This document shows positions 9,019-18,271 of a stretch of DNA of 64,000 nucleotides, one piece after another (position 1 is the first letter of the stretch; the number at the start of each line of letters is the position of its first letter). Origin of the DNA: an uncultured Actinomycetes bacterium. Lineage in GTDB: Bacteria; Actinomycetota; Thermoleophilia; Gaiellales; Gaiellaceae. The notes beneath the pieces were generated by a model. It saw only the letters and a program-made list of their open reading frames with translations, was not told the DNA's origin and searched no databases. The stretch spans positions 154,982-218,981 of the forward strand of contig CAWDLU010000002.1 of NCBI GenBank assembly GCA_963803325.1, read 5' to 3'. The position numbers and the translations under genes are program-made.

Positions 9019-10470
9019 TAGTGCTTTGTCGGTCTTGAGGAAGGGTCCTCGGCCCTCGTGTCGAATGGTGTCTGCGTCAGCGGTCATCGTTGAAGGAGGG
9101 TTCGATGGAGGCGACGCTTGCTCTGGAGATGCCTGTGGTCGAGACGCGTGAGCGTCTGATCGGGTTCGTCGACAGGATCGTGTCGGGGTTGGCGCATGTG
9201 CGGCAGCGGGAGAACGCCGGGTTGTACGTGCGGGGGTTGATCGAGCAGGGGGGTCGGAAGAGTCTGCAGCCGACGCTGTTTCGGCTGGAGGAGACGTCGG
9301 CGCGGTACGAGTCGATGCAGCAGTTCCTGGCCGACTCTCCGTGGGATCCGATGCTGGTCGTTCGGCGGTGCGCTGAACGGGTTGCGCCTGAGCTCGAGGT
9401 GGAGGCGTGGGTGCTCGACGACACCGGGTTTCCGAAGGACGGGAAGCACTCCCCGGGGGTGAAGCGGCAGTACTCGGGGACGCTGGGGAAGATCGGGAAT
9501 TGCCAGATCGGCGTGTCGGTGCACGCGGTCGGGAAGCGCGGGACGGCGCCGCTTGGGTGGGCGTTGTACCTGCCCGAGGAGTGGTGCTCAGACGCCGGGC
9601 GGCGGGCGGAGGCGAAGATCCCTGAGGAGATCGCGTTCAAGACGAAGCCCGAGCTTGGTGTGGATCTCGTCGAGGAGGCGGCCGGCTGGGCGATCCCATC
9701 AGCGCCGGTATTAGGCGACCAGGCCTACGGCGACAACACCGCTTTGCGCGAACGGCTCAACGACGCCGAACGCGAGTACGTGCTCGCGGTCGGCGGCGCA
9801 ACCAAGGTGTTCGCGCCCGAGACGGTGTTCGCCGTCCCTGAGTCGACCGGTGGGCGCGGCAGGCCGAAGAGCCGGCCGTTGCCGGACCACGAGCCCGAAG
9901 CGATCGGTGAGCTGATCGCCAGGGTCGGCGACGAGCTGGCGCAGACCGTCAGCTTCCGCGACGGGCCCGACGGCAAACCCGTCAGCTCCCGGTTTGTGTT
10001 CGTGCGGGTCAGGGCGGCACACGACCGGAAGAAAGCGACGCCGTGGCCGCCCCGGGAGGAGTGGCTGCTCGCCGAATGGCCCGCCGGCAAGGATGAGCCG
10101 ACCGACTACTGGCTCTCGAACCTCCCCGCGGACACCGAGCCCGAACGGCTCGCCCGGCTCGCCCGGCTGCGCTGGAAGATCGAACTCGACTATAAGCAGC
10201 TCAAGGGCGAGCTCGGCCTCGACCACTACGAAGGCCGCTCATGGATCGGCTGGCACCACCACACTGCCCTCGTCACGGTCGCGCACGGGTTCCTCACCCT
10301 GGAGCGCCTATGCCCGCCAGCTCCGCGGCTGGCCTGACGCTCCCCCAGGCGGTGCTGCTCCTCCAGCCCGTCTTCAAGTGTTGGGACAGCCGCTGCCGCA
10401 CCTGCCACCAGCCCGTCGACCTCGACCAACTCGTCCTCTTCCCGCGCCGTGAGTAACAAAGCACTACTAG
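9015..10470 (+). mobile_element. IS701-family insertion sequence (about 1.46 kb)
   Basis: Perfect 15-bp terminal inverted repeats: CTAGTAGTGCTTTGT (9015-9029) and ACAAAGCACTACTAG (10456-10470). The outer CTAG may be a 4-bp target duplication. Encloses a DDE transposase ORF. Confidence 0.8.
9090..10337 (+). CDS. IS701-family DDE transposase (C-terminus possibly frameshifted)
   Basis: 415 aa with 'LADSPWDP', 'WVLDDTGFPKDG', 'QYSGTLGKIGNCQIGV', 'GDQAYG' and 'GWHHHTALVTVAHGFLTLERL', typical of IS701/ISXXX transposases. A second frame (10241-10456, '...GLTLPQAVLLLQPVFKCWDSRCRTCHQP...') runs exactly to the right IR. Confidence 0.85.
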   Translation: MKEGSMEATLALEMPVVETRERLIGFVDRIVSGLAHVRQRENAGLYVRGLIEQGGRKSLQPTLFRLEETSARYESMQQFLADSPWDPMLVVRRCAERVAPELEVEAWVLDDTGFPKDGKHSPGVKRQYSGTLGKIGNCQIGVSVHAVGKRGTAPLGWALYLPEEWCSDAGRRAEAKIPEEIAFKTKPELGVDLVEEAAGWAIPSAPVLGDQAYGDNTALRERLNDAEREYVLAVGGATKVFAPETVFAVPESTGGRGRPKSRPLPDHEPEAIGELIARVGDELAQTVSFRDGPDGKPVSSRFVFVRVRAAHDRKKATPWPPREEWLLAEWPAGKDEPTDYWLSNLPADTEPERLARLARLRWKIELDYKQLKGELGLDHYEGRSWIGWHHHTALVTVAHGFLTLERLCPPAPRLA

Positions 10471-10633
10471 ATGATTGATCGATAATTCAGGCACCGCCGG
10501 CTGGCGATCACGACACGGCGCATCGCGGCACGCTCGACGACGCCGCGTACTCCACGGTACGCGCCACCGTCGATCCCGCCACGCTGCTTGGTCGTGGCCG
10601 TCCCCGGCAGCACCCCAATTACCGATCAATCAT
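10471..10633. repeat. MITE-like miniature element abutting the IS
   Basis: 17-nt terminal inverted repeats with one mismatch: ATGATTGATCGATAATT (10471-10487) versus AATTACCGATCAATCAT (10617-10633). Ends are AT-rich and flanked by CTAG / CTCTAG. No ORF. Confidence 0.45.
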
Positions 10634-10674
10634 CTCTAGCCCATGTCCACCCCGAACGCCCATAATGGGTTGCC

Positions 10675-12186
10675 GTGACGGCGCGTTTTCCTGCCGCTCT
10701 GGCCCTGGCCTGGTCGGGACTGCTCCTCGGTGGAGGCGCCTCCGCCGCACCGCCGATCGCGCCCGGGCCTCCCGCCACCGCCGAGGGGCTTGCGGTGCAG
10801 ATCGTCGCGCCGGACCAGACCGTGACCGCGTCGACGCCGGACCAGGTCGCTCCGGCGCCCGCGAAAGGCGAACGCGCCCCGTTCCTCTACCCCGACGACG
10901 GCTCGATCGTCTCGACGGCCTGGACGTCCGTGACCGCCTCGGCGAGCGCGGCAGAGGGAACCGCCGCCGTCGAGACCGACGTCTCGACCCTGTCGCTCTT
11001 CGGCGGAGAGGTCACGGCCGACGAGGTTCGAGCTTCGGTGAGCGCGGCCGGGACGGTCGGTGACCTCTCGCGCTCGGTCGTGACGAACCTGGTTCTCCTC
11101 GGCGCGCCGGCTCCCGACCTGGGGCCGAACATCAAGATCCCGCTCGGGGACTGGGGCTTCCTGACCGCCCTCGGTCAGACCACGAAGCAGGGACCGGCGG
11201 CGCTGCCCTCGTGGCGGGGAACTCTGACGGCGCTCGTCGTCCACCTCGATGTCGCCCACGGTGGACTGGCGGCCGGAAGCGAGATCCGGATTGCGTTCGC
11301 CGACGCGTTCGCCCGCGCACCGGCCGAGCCGCCGGCGACCACCACCGATGCGACCGAGACGACGACGAGCACCGCTGCGGCCTCACCGCCCCGCCCCGCC
11401 GCGCAGCGCCGTACGCCTGCGCCGGTGATCGCCGCGGTTGCTCCCGCCGCCCGGAAGGCGCCGCAGCCGAAGCAACGGAAGGCGCATCCGATCGCGCCGA
11501 TTCCGACCGTCACCCCCAAACTGACCGCCGCGGGCTACGTCTTCCCGGTCTACGGGCCGTCGGCGTACGGCGACACATTCGGTGCTCCCCGCGGAGACGT
11601 CTCCGGCGGCTGGCACCACGGCGACGACATCTTTGCACCGCTCGGGGCACCGCTCCTGGCGGTCACCGAAGGCACGGTCTTCTCGGTCGGGTGGAACAAC
11701 ATCGGCGGTTACCGGCTCTGGCTGCGCGACCGCGGCGGAAACGAGTTCTACTATGCCCACCTCGCTGCCTACACGAGCCTCGCGGTCAACGGGCGACACG
11801 TGCGGGCGGGCGACGTGCTGGGTTTCGTCGGCAACACGGGCGACGCCGAGGGCACGCCTTTCCACCTCCATTTCGAGGTGCATCCGGTCTCGCTCCTCTT
11901 CCTCGGCTACGACGGAGCGGTCAACCCGACGCGCTACCTCGACGGCTGGAAGCGGCTCGAGGACGTCCGCATTCTCCCCGCGGTCCCGTACGCCGGGCCG
12001 GCCGCCGAGGTGTCGGCCGCGCCGACGCCGGGTGCGATCCTGCTCGAGTCGAGCGACATCTCGACCGCGAACGGCCTCGAGCCGGGCTCGCTTCGGCGGG
12101 CGATGACCGCCCCGGCGACGGTCGATGCGACCGTGCCGCGCGTCGCGCAGCTGCCGACGCCGCTCCCCCTCCTCGATCGCGCCTAG
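10675..12186 (+). CDS. Secreted M23 family metallopeptidase (LytM-like)
   Basis: Signal-like N-terminus, a Pro/Thr/Ala linker, and a C-terminal 'WHHGDDIFAPLGAPLLAV...FVGNTGDAEGTPFHLHFEVH' (HxxxD / HxH M23 motifs). Confidence 0.85.
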   Translation: MTARFPAALALAWSGLLLGGGASAAPPIAPGPPATAEGLAVQIVAPDQTVTASTPDQVAPAPAKGERAPFLYPDDGSIVSTAWTSVTASASAAEGTAAVETDVSTLSLFGGEVTADEVRASVSAAGTVGDLSRSVVTNLVLLGAPAPDLGPNIKIPLGDWGFLTALGQTTKQGPAALPSWRGTLTALVVHLDVAHGGLAAGSEIRIAFADAFARAPAEPPATTTDATETTTSTAAASPPRPAAQRRTPAPVIAAVAPAARKAPQPKQRKAHPIAPIPTVTPKLTAAGYVFPVYGPSAYGDTFGAPRGDVSGGWHHGDDIFAPLGAPLLAVTEGTVFSVGWNNIGGYRLWLRDRGGNEFYYAHLAAYTSLAVNGRHVRAGDVLGFVGNTGDAEGTPFHLHFEVHPVSLLFLGYDGAVNPTRYLDGWKRLEDVRILPAVPYAGPAAEVSAAPTPGAILLESSDISTANGLEPGSLRRAMTAPATVDATVPRVAQLPTPLPLLDRA

Positions 12187-12611
12187 CTCGTGCCGTTGTC
12201 CGAGGCCGGCGGGCCGTCGAAGCCGAACTCGCCGCCGCCGAAGAGCTTGTTCTTCACCCAGCGGCGCGTGTCGGGTCCGGTCACCGGGTTGAAGAGCAGA
12301 CCGGCGACGACACCGGCGAGCAGCAGCAGGCCCCGCCCGGAGCGGGCCTCGCGGGCTCCCTGGAGGCGGTTCGCCGCCTGGCGGAGCTCGGCAACCGCCG
12401 TCCGGAGGTTGTCATGGACGTCTCCGTCGCTCGCGACCCGGGCTGCGAGGCCGGTCACGCTGCGCGGGGCGATCAGCTCGTCGTAGATCTCACGCGCAGC
12501 CGAATAGGCCTGCTTGACGTGCTCGCGGAGTTCCTCGTCGTGCAGGGCGCGCTCCACGTAGGGTTTCGCAGTACCGGCCACACCGGTCACCTTGTCCTTG
12601 GCATTGGGCAT
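12183..12611 (-). CDS. Hypothetical protein with C-terminal hydrophobic helix (YtxH-like?)
   Basis: 142-aa ORF with helical charged N-terminal part and 'GLLLLAGVVAGLLFNPV' helix; no confident family. Confidence 0.45.
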   Translation of the reverse strand: MPNAKDKVTGVAGTAKPYVERALHDEELREHVKQAYSAAREIYDELIAPRSVTGLAARVASDGDVHDNLRTAVAELRQAANRLQGAREARSGRGLLLLAGVVAGLLFNPVTGPDTRRWVKNKLFGGGEFGFDGPPASDNGTS

Positions 12612-12648
12612 ATCGGCCCGTCCTTTCGCTCGTCGCTATCGGCCCCGA

Positions 12649-13188
12649 GTGTACCCCCAGCGTCATCCCACGATTCGAGCCGCACTGCTCGGCGCTGTGC
12701 TGGCTGCCCTGGTCGGCGGCTGCGGCGGGGGTGGCAACACGACGAAGCCGGCGGAGGCCGGACGGCTCGTCAGCGGCGACGGCTTCACGTACCGGGCGCC
12801 CTCCGACTGGACGGTGACCATCGCCTCGCACGTCACCGCCGCCAAGCACGACCAGGTCACACTCGTCTCGGTCACTGTGCTGCCACTCGTACGCGCCTAC
12901 CGGCCCGCGCTCTTCCCACGGGTGATCGGCGAAGTCGACCGTCTCGCCGATACGCTCGCGTCCCGCCTGCACGGCTCGGTTGCCTCACGGCGAACGATCG
13001 CCCTCGCCGGCGGAAAGGTTCGCCAGTACGAGATCGACCACGGCGGACTGGTCGACCGGCTGACCTTCGTGTTCCGCGGAAAGCGCGAGTACCTGCTCAC
13101 CTGCCGCTGGCGCAACCGGGACGGCGAACCTGCTGCCTGCACACGGCTCGTCTCGAGCTTCAGCCTCCGCAAACGCCCCGCGGGATAG
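12649..13188 (+). CDS. Putative lipoprotein
   Basis: From GTG 12649: 'RHPTIRAALLGAVLAALVGGCGGGG' is a signal peptide with an L-V-G-G-C lipobox. No recognisable domain. Confidence 0.55.
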   Translation: MYPQRHPTIRAALLGAVLAALVGGCGGGGNTTKPAEAGRLVSGDGFTYRAPSDWTVTIASHVTAAKHDQVTLVSVTVLPLVRAYRPALFPRVIGEVDRLADTLASRLHGSVASRRTIALAGGKVRQYEIDHGGLVDRLTFVFRGKREYLLTCRWRNRDGEPAACTRLVSSFSLRKRPAG

Positions 13189-13189
13189 C

Positions 13190-15349
13190 GTGGCGGAGGC
13201 CTGGACGAGAGCGGCGATCCGGCTGCGCTGGCCGATCGCGATCGCCTGGCTCGTAGTCGTGATCGCGGGCGGCTGGGCCTCCGGCCGGCTCTCCGCGCTC
13301 CAGTCGAACGTCTTCAGCGTCCCGGGCACCGACTCCGAGCACGTGCGGAACGTGCTCGAGGAGCACTTCGGCGATCGGAGCGACGGCGCGTTCACGGTCG
13401 TCTTCCGCGTGCCGGACTCGGCGATCCCTGCGCTCAGAACTCGCTTGCAGCGGGTCGTCGACCGAGCGGCCGCAACCGTTCCGGGGGGGAAGGGAACCGC
13501 GCTCGAGGCGGCCGGCCCGCACGTCCTGTACGGCAACGTGGTCTCGCCGCTGAACCTCGCTCAGGCGAAGAACCACGCGGACGACCTCGTCGAGGCGGTC
13601 GGGCAGCCGTCCGGGACGAGCGCCTACGTCACCGGCGCGCCGGCGATCCAGAACGACCTCGACCCGATCTTCAACGACGATCTCCGGAAGGGCGAGTCGA
13701 TCGCCCTGCCGATCGCCCTGCTCGTGCTGCTGCTCGTCTTCGGGCTGTCGTGGGCGGTGACGATCCCGTTCCTCTTCGCGGCGAGCACCGTCTTCGCGAC
13801 CCTCGGGATCGTCTACGTGGTCGCCCACTACATGACCATGCCGACCTACGTCACCAATCTCGTCTTCCTGATCGGGCTGGGGATCGCGATCGACTACTCG
13901 CTGCTGATCGTCTACCGCTTCCGCGAGGAGCTCGGGCATGGGCTCGAAGTGGAGGCTGCGGTCGTCCGCACGATGCAGACGGCGGGCCGCGCGGTGATCT
14001 TCTCGGGCGCGACGGTCGCGATCGGTCTCGCCCTGCTGCTGTTCATGCCTCTCCCGTTCATGCGCGCGATCGGCGTCGGTGGGTTTCTGCTTCCGGTCGT
14101 GTCGATTCTCGCCGCGGCGACGCTCCAGCCCGCGCTCCTCTCGATCTACGGTCGCCGGGGTACACACCGAGCAGCGGTGGCGGCGCTCCTGCGCCGGCGC
14201 TCTGCGCGGGCAGACGACGTCGAGCACCGCTTCTGGGCGCGTCTTGCCCGCTCGATCATGCGGCGCAAGTGGCGGTACGTCACGGTTGTCGCCGCACTCC
14301 TGCTTGCGGCCGCAATTCCCGCCTTCTGGCTTCAGCTGACGCCGGGCGCGACCGCCGGTATCCCGCAGTACCCGCAGTCGGTCCGCGGCCTGACCGTGCT
14401 GGAGGAGGCGCTCGGACCGGGGGCGATCGCTCCTGCGCAGGTGCTCGTCGACACCGGGGTGCCGGGAGGGGTGCGCACGCCTGCCGCACAGGCGGCGATC
14501 GGCCGGCTGGTGGTCGAGGTGCAGCGCGATCCGGAGGTGGCGGTCGCCTACTACCTCGATTCCGGACGCTTCGTCGACGCGACCGCCCGCTACGCGCAGG
14601 TGATCGTCGCCACGCGGCACGAGTACGGCTCGGAGGAGGCGCAACGCTTCGTCGACCGGCTGCGCGACCGGCTGATTCCCGGCGCCGGCTTCCCGCCGCG
14701 CATGCAGGTGCGGGCGGGCGGCGCTCCTCCGCAGGGCGTGGACTTCCTGACCCGTGCGTACGGGGTCTTCCCCTGGCTCGTGCTGGCGGTGCTCGCGCTC
14801 ACCTACCTTCTGCTGATGCGCGCCTTTCGCTCGCTGCTGCTCCCGCTGAAGGCGGTCGTTCTCAACCTGCTCTCGGTCGCCGCCAGCTACGGCGCTCTCG
14901 TCGTCCTGTTCCGGTTCGGCGTCGGCAGCGACGTCCTCGGCCTCTACCGGTTCCCGCAGATCGAGGGCTGGATTCCGATCTTTCTCTTCGCGATGCTCTT
15001 CGGCCTCTCGATGGACTACGAGGTCTTCATGGTCAGCCGCATGCGCGAGGCCTGGGACGAGACCCACGACAACGGGCGCGCGGTCGCGATCGGGCTCGAG
15101 CGAACGGGGCGGATCGTCACCGCGGCGGCGGTGATCATGGTCGCCGCCTTCTCGGGCTTCATGGCGGGGAGCATCGTCGGCCTCCAGGAGTTCGGCGCCG
15201 GGCTCGCCGTTGCGATCTTCCTGGACGCGACCGTGGTTCGCGCGCTGCTGGTGCCGTCGACGATGGCGATCATGGGCCGCTACAACTGGTGGCTTCCGGC
15301 CCGGGTCGCACGAGTCGTCAGGGTGAGTCCGTCGCCGCTCGTCCAGTAG
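13190..15349 (+). CDS. MMPL family (RND superfamily) transporter
   Basis: 719 aa. Two 6-TM bundles each preceded by an extracytoplasmic domain. 'GIAIDYSLLIVYRFREEL' and 'GLSMDYEVFMVSRMRE' are MMPL hallmarks. Confidence 0.85.
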   Translation: MAEAWTRAAIRLRWPIAIAWLVVVIAGGWASGRLSALQSNVFSVPGTDSEHVRNVLEEHFGDRSDGAFTVVFRVPDSAIPALRTRLQRVVDRAAATVPGGKGTALEAAGPHVLYGNVVSPLNLAQAKNHADDLVEAVGQPSGTSAYVTGAPAIQNDLDPIFNDDLRKGESIALPIALLVLLLVFGLSWAVTIPFLFAASTVFATLGIVYVVAHYMTMPTYVTNLVFLIGLGIAIDYSLLIVYRFREELGHGLEVEAAVVRTMQTAGRAVIFSGATVAIGLALLLFMPLPFMRAIGVGGFLLPVVSILAAATLQPALLSIYGRRGTHRAAVAALLRRRSARADDVEHRFWARLARSIMRRKWRYVTVVAALLLAAAIPAFWLQLTPGATAGIPQYPQSVRGLTVLEEALGPGAIAPAQVLVDTGVPGGVRTPAAQAAIGRLVVEVQRDPEVAVAYYLDSGRFVDATARYAQVIVATRHEYGSEEAQRFVDRLRDRLIPGAGFPPRMQVRAGGAPPQGVDFLTRAYGVFPWLVLAVLALTYLLLMRAFRSLLLPLKAVVLNLLSVAASYGALVVLFRFGVGSDVLGLYRFPQIEGWIPIFLFAMLFGLSMDYEVFMVSRMREAWDETHDNGRAVAIGLERTGRIVTAAAVIMVAAFSGFMAGSIVGLQEFGAGLAVAIFLDATVVRALLVPSTMAIMGRYNWWLPARVARVVRVSPSPLVQ

Positions 15350-15421
15350 TCCCGCGAGCCGGGCGGGCGGGCCGCTCGTCATTTCGGGGACGGCGCGGTA
15401 CTGTCTTCGCAGAGGAGGTCA

Positions 15422-18172
15422 GTGCGGCACCAGGCAGGCGCAACGCCGGCGGAGATCGTCGGCCGTGAAGGCGAGATCGACCGTCTGCACGGGTTTCTGA
15501 ACCGTGATGCGCCGGGAGCGCTCCTGCTTGTCGGGCAGCCCGGAATCGGCAAGACGACGCTTTGGGAGGCCGGAGTCGACGCAGCTGTGGAACGCGGTCA
15601 CAGGGTGCTCGCTGCTCGGTCCAGCGGAGCCGAGGCCCAGCTCGCGTTCGCCTCCTTGATCGATCTCCTCGACCGCGTCGAGACGGCCGACCTCGCCGGG
15701 TTGCCGGCGCCGCAGCGGCGTGCGCTCGAGGTCGCACTGCTGCGCGTGGAGGCTGGAAGGTCGCCGGCGCAGGGTGCGATCTCGCTCGGCTTCCTGAATA
15801 CGGTGCGGGCGCTGGCGGCCGCCGAGCCGCTGCTGATCGCGATTGACGATCTCCATTGGCTCGACCGGCCGTCCGCGGACGTGATCGCGTTTGCCGCGCG
15901 GCGGCTTCGAGGCGAGTCGGTGGCGTTTCTCCTCTCAGGGCGGCCCGGCCGGCTCTCGGATCTCGAGCGTGTGCTCGACCCTCGGCTGGACCGGCTCGAC
16001 GTTGGGCCGCTGAGCCTGGGTGCAGTGCGGCACCTGCTCGCGGAGCGGCTCGGCTTGACCCTACCTCGCCATCTTCTCCGGCAGGTGGTCGAGCTCACCC
16101 TCGGCAACCCGCTCTTCGCCCTGGAGGTCGGCCGCACCCTGCTCGAGCGTGGCCCGTCGGCGACCGGACGCGAGCTGCCGGTGCCGGACACGCTCGAGGA
16201 CCTCCTCGGGACACGGGTGACGCGGCTGCCGGCGCGGAGTCGAAGGCTTCTGCTCGCCGTCGCCCTCCACGGAGACGCGACCGTCCCGATCCTGTCGGCG
16301 ATCGGAGGCGCCGGCGCGCTCGAAGAGGCAGTCGACGCGGGCGTGCTGGCCGTCGTCGGCGATCGCGTGCGGGCGTCGCATCCCCTGCTGGCGGCAGTTG
16401 CGAGCAAGCACGCGCGTTCGCCCGAGCGGCGGCGGCTTCACCGCGCACTCGCCGGGATGGTCACCGACGAAGAGCTCCGCGCCCGCCATCTCTCGCTGGC
16501 GGCCGAGCGTCCGGACGAGGCGCTCGCGGAGAGAGTTGCTCGGGCGGCGGCGAGCGCCTCCGCGCGCGGCGCCCGCCGGGAGGCAGTGGAGCTCGCGGAG
16601 CACGCGCTGCGGCTGACCCCGCCGGGGCGCCGGACGCGGGCCGACCGCCTCCTTGCGCTCGGCGACTACCTCGTCGCCGCCGGCGAGGCTCAGCGGGTGA
16701 CCGAGCTGCTCGCTCCGCAGCTCGCGACGCTGCCCGCAGGGGCCGCCCGTGTCCGTGCCTGTTTGATCCTCGTCGGCGGGCTGAACAGGACGAACGACGA
16801 GTTTCGCCGCTGGCTCGAGCGGGCGCTGACCGAGTGCGGAGACGACTCCGCGTTGCGCGCGACGGTCATGGCCGAGCTTACGCTCAACGACGTCTCCATC
16901 CAGGCCGCTCGGATTCGTGAGGCGGAAGTCAGTGCACTCGAAGCGGCGGAGGCGACGAAGCGCGCCGGGCTGCCCGAGGACGAACGGTGGGCGCTGTTCG
17001 CGCTCGGCCTCGCCCGTATCCTCCGTGGGCATTCGATCGAGGACGTGTGCGCTCGCTTCGAGCAGGTGTCGACGGCGGTGTTCGAAGTGGGCTCGTCGCC
17101 GGGGCGGCTGGTCGCCAAGCAGCTTCTCTGGCGCGGGGAGCTGGATCGCGCCCGTTCCCTCTTGACTGATCTGTTCGCGCTCGCCGACGAGCGCGGGGAG
17201 CCGTGGTCGTACGCGTGGCTCCGGGTCGACCTGTGCGAGCTCGAGCTCCGTGCCTCGCGCTGGGACGAGGCGGTGCGTCTGCTCGACGAGTGGGCCGAGT
17301 CGACCGACCGAGAGGCTATGCCCTGGCCGCAGTACGAACGGTGCCGCGCGCTGCTCGAGGCCGGCCGGGGCGTGCCCGCAGAGGCGCAGCGGTGGGCACG
17401 CGAGGCCTTGGCGCGCGCCCGGGCCATCGGAGCTCGCTGGGACGAGCTCGAAGCCCTGCGGGCACGCGCCACCGCGGCGGCGCTGGCCCACGAGCCGCAG
17501 CGGGCGGCTGAGAGCTTGCGGGCCGTGTGGGAGCACGCGGAGCGCGAAGGCGTCGACGAGCCGGGCGCGTTCCCCGTCGCGCCGGACTTCGTCGAGGCGC
17601 TCGCGGAGCTGGGGGAGCTGGACGAGGCGCGTGCGGTCACCGACCGGCTGCGGATGTTGGCGGAGGATCAGAGGCATCCCTGGGGCCTTGCGAGCGCCAG
17701 GCGGTGCGCCGCCCTGGTGCTGCTCGCCTCGAAGACCGACGAGGAGACGGCTGCGGCCGAGCTCGAGGAGGCGGCTGCCGCCTACTGCGAGCTGGGCCTG
17801 CGCTTCGACCAGGCGAGGACCCTGCTGCTGCTCGGCCGGGCGCAGCGCCGGCGCAGGAAGTGGGCGGCGGCGAGGGACGCGCTCGACCGGGCCGCGGCAG
17901 TGTTCGAGGAGCTGGCGTCGCCCGGTTGGCTCGAGGAAGCCCGCTCGGAGCTGGCAAGAGTCGGGGCACGTCGGCCGGGAGCGGTCGGGGAGCTCACTCC
18001 GACCGAGCGACGGGTGGTCGACCTCGCGGTGCAGGGACTCTCCAACAAGGAGATCGCGAGCAGGCTCTACGTCACAGTGAACACGGTCGAGTCGCACCTC
18101 TCGCATGCGTACGCGAAGCTCGGCGTCCGCACGCGCGGACAACTCGCGGTGCGTTTCGCCGCCGGTCCGTAG
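15422..18172 (+). CDS. Large ATP-binding LuxR-family regulator (LAL/MalT-like STAND)
   Basis: 916 aa. N-terminal P-loop 'GQPGIGKTTL', Walker B 'LLIAIDDLHWLD', a long helical/TPR-like middle, and a C-terminal LuxR HTH 'LTPTERRVVDLAVQGLSNKEIASRLYVTVNTVESHLSHAYAKLGV'. Confidence 0.85.
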   Translation: MRHQAGATPAEIVGREGEIDRLHGFLNRDAPGALLLVGQPGIGKTTLWEAGVDAAVERGHRVLAARSSGAEAQLAFASLIDLLDRVETADLAGLPAPQRRALEVALLRVEAGRSPAQGAISLGFLNTVRALAAAEPLLIAIDDLHWLDRPSADVIAFAARRLRGESVAFLLSGRPGRLSDLERVLDPRLDRLDVGPLSLGAVRHLLAERLGLTLPRHLLRQVVELTLGNPLFALEVGRTLLERGPSATGRELPVPDTLEDLLGTRVTRLPARSRRLLLAVALHGDATVPILSAIGGAGALEEAVDAGVLAVVGDRVRASHPLLAAVASKHARSPERRRLHRALAGMVTDEELRARHLSLAAERPDEALAERVARAAASASARGARREAVELAEHALRLTPPGRRTRADRLLALGDYLVAAGEAQRVTELLAPQLATLPAGAARVRACLILVGGLNRTNDEFRRWLERALTECGDDSALRATVMAELTLNDVSIQAARIREAEVSALEAAEATKRAGLPEDERWALFALGLARILRGHSIEDVCARFEQVSTAVFEVGSSPGRLVAKQLLWRGELDRARSLLTDLFALADERGEPWSYAWLRVDLCELELRASRWDEAVRLLDEWAESTDREAMPWPQYERCRALLEAGRGVPAEAQRWAREALARARAIGARWDELEALRARATAAALAHEPQRAAESLRAVWEHAEREGVDEPGAFPVAPDFVEALAELGELDEARAVTDRLRMLAEDQRHPWGLASARRCAALVLLASKTDEETAAAELEEAAAAYCELGLRFDQARTLLLLGRAQRRRRKWAAARDALDRAAAVFEELASPGWLEEARSELARVGARRPGAVGELTPTERRVVDLAVQGLSNKEIASRLYVTVNTVESHLSHAYAKLGVRTRGQLAVRFAAGP

Positions 18173-18271
18173 CCCGCGAAAGTTTCAGGGTTTCCGGGAT
18201 TTCGTCGCACGCCGGACGTGAGTACGGTCGGCGGCGTGACCCGCTCCCGGATCCGTCGAAGAAGGATCGTC

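Noticed and set aside
10241-10456. Independent 71-aa gene inside the IS.
   Set aside because: It lacks its own plausible start context and runs exactly to the right IR. It is more parsimonious as the displaced C-terminus of the transposase than as a separate gene.
15422-18172. LuxR/LAL STAND regulator as part of the defence island.
   Set aside because: It lies 14 kb upstream of the tRNA boundary among core-like genes. It has a DNA-binding LuxR output rather than an effector domain, so it is a typical actinobacterial LAL regulator.
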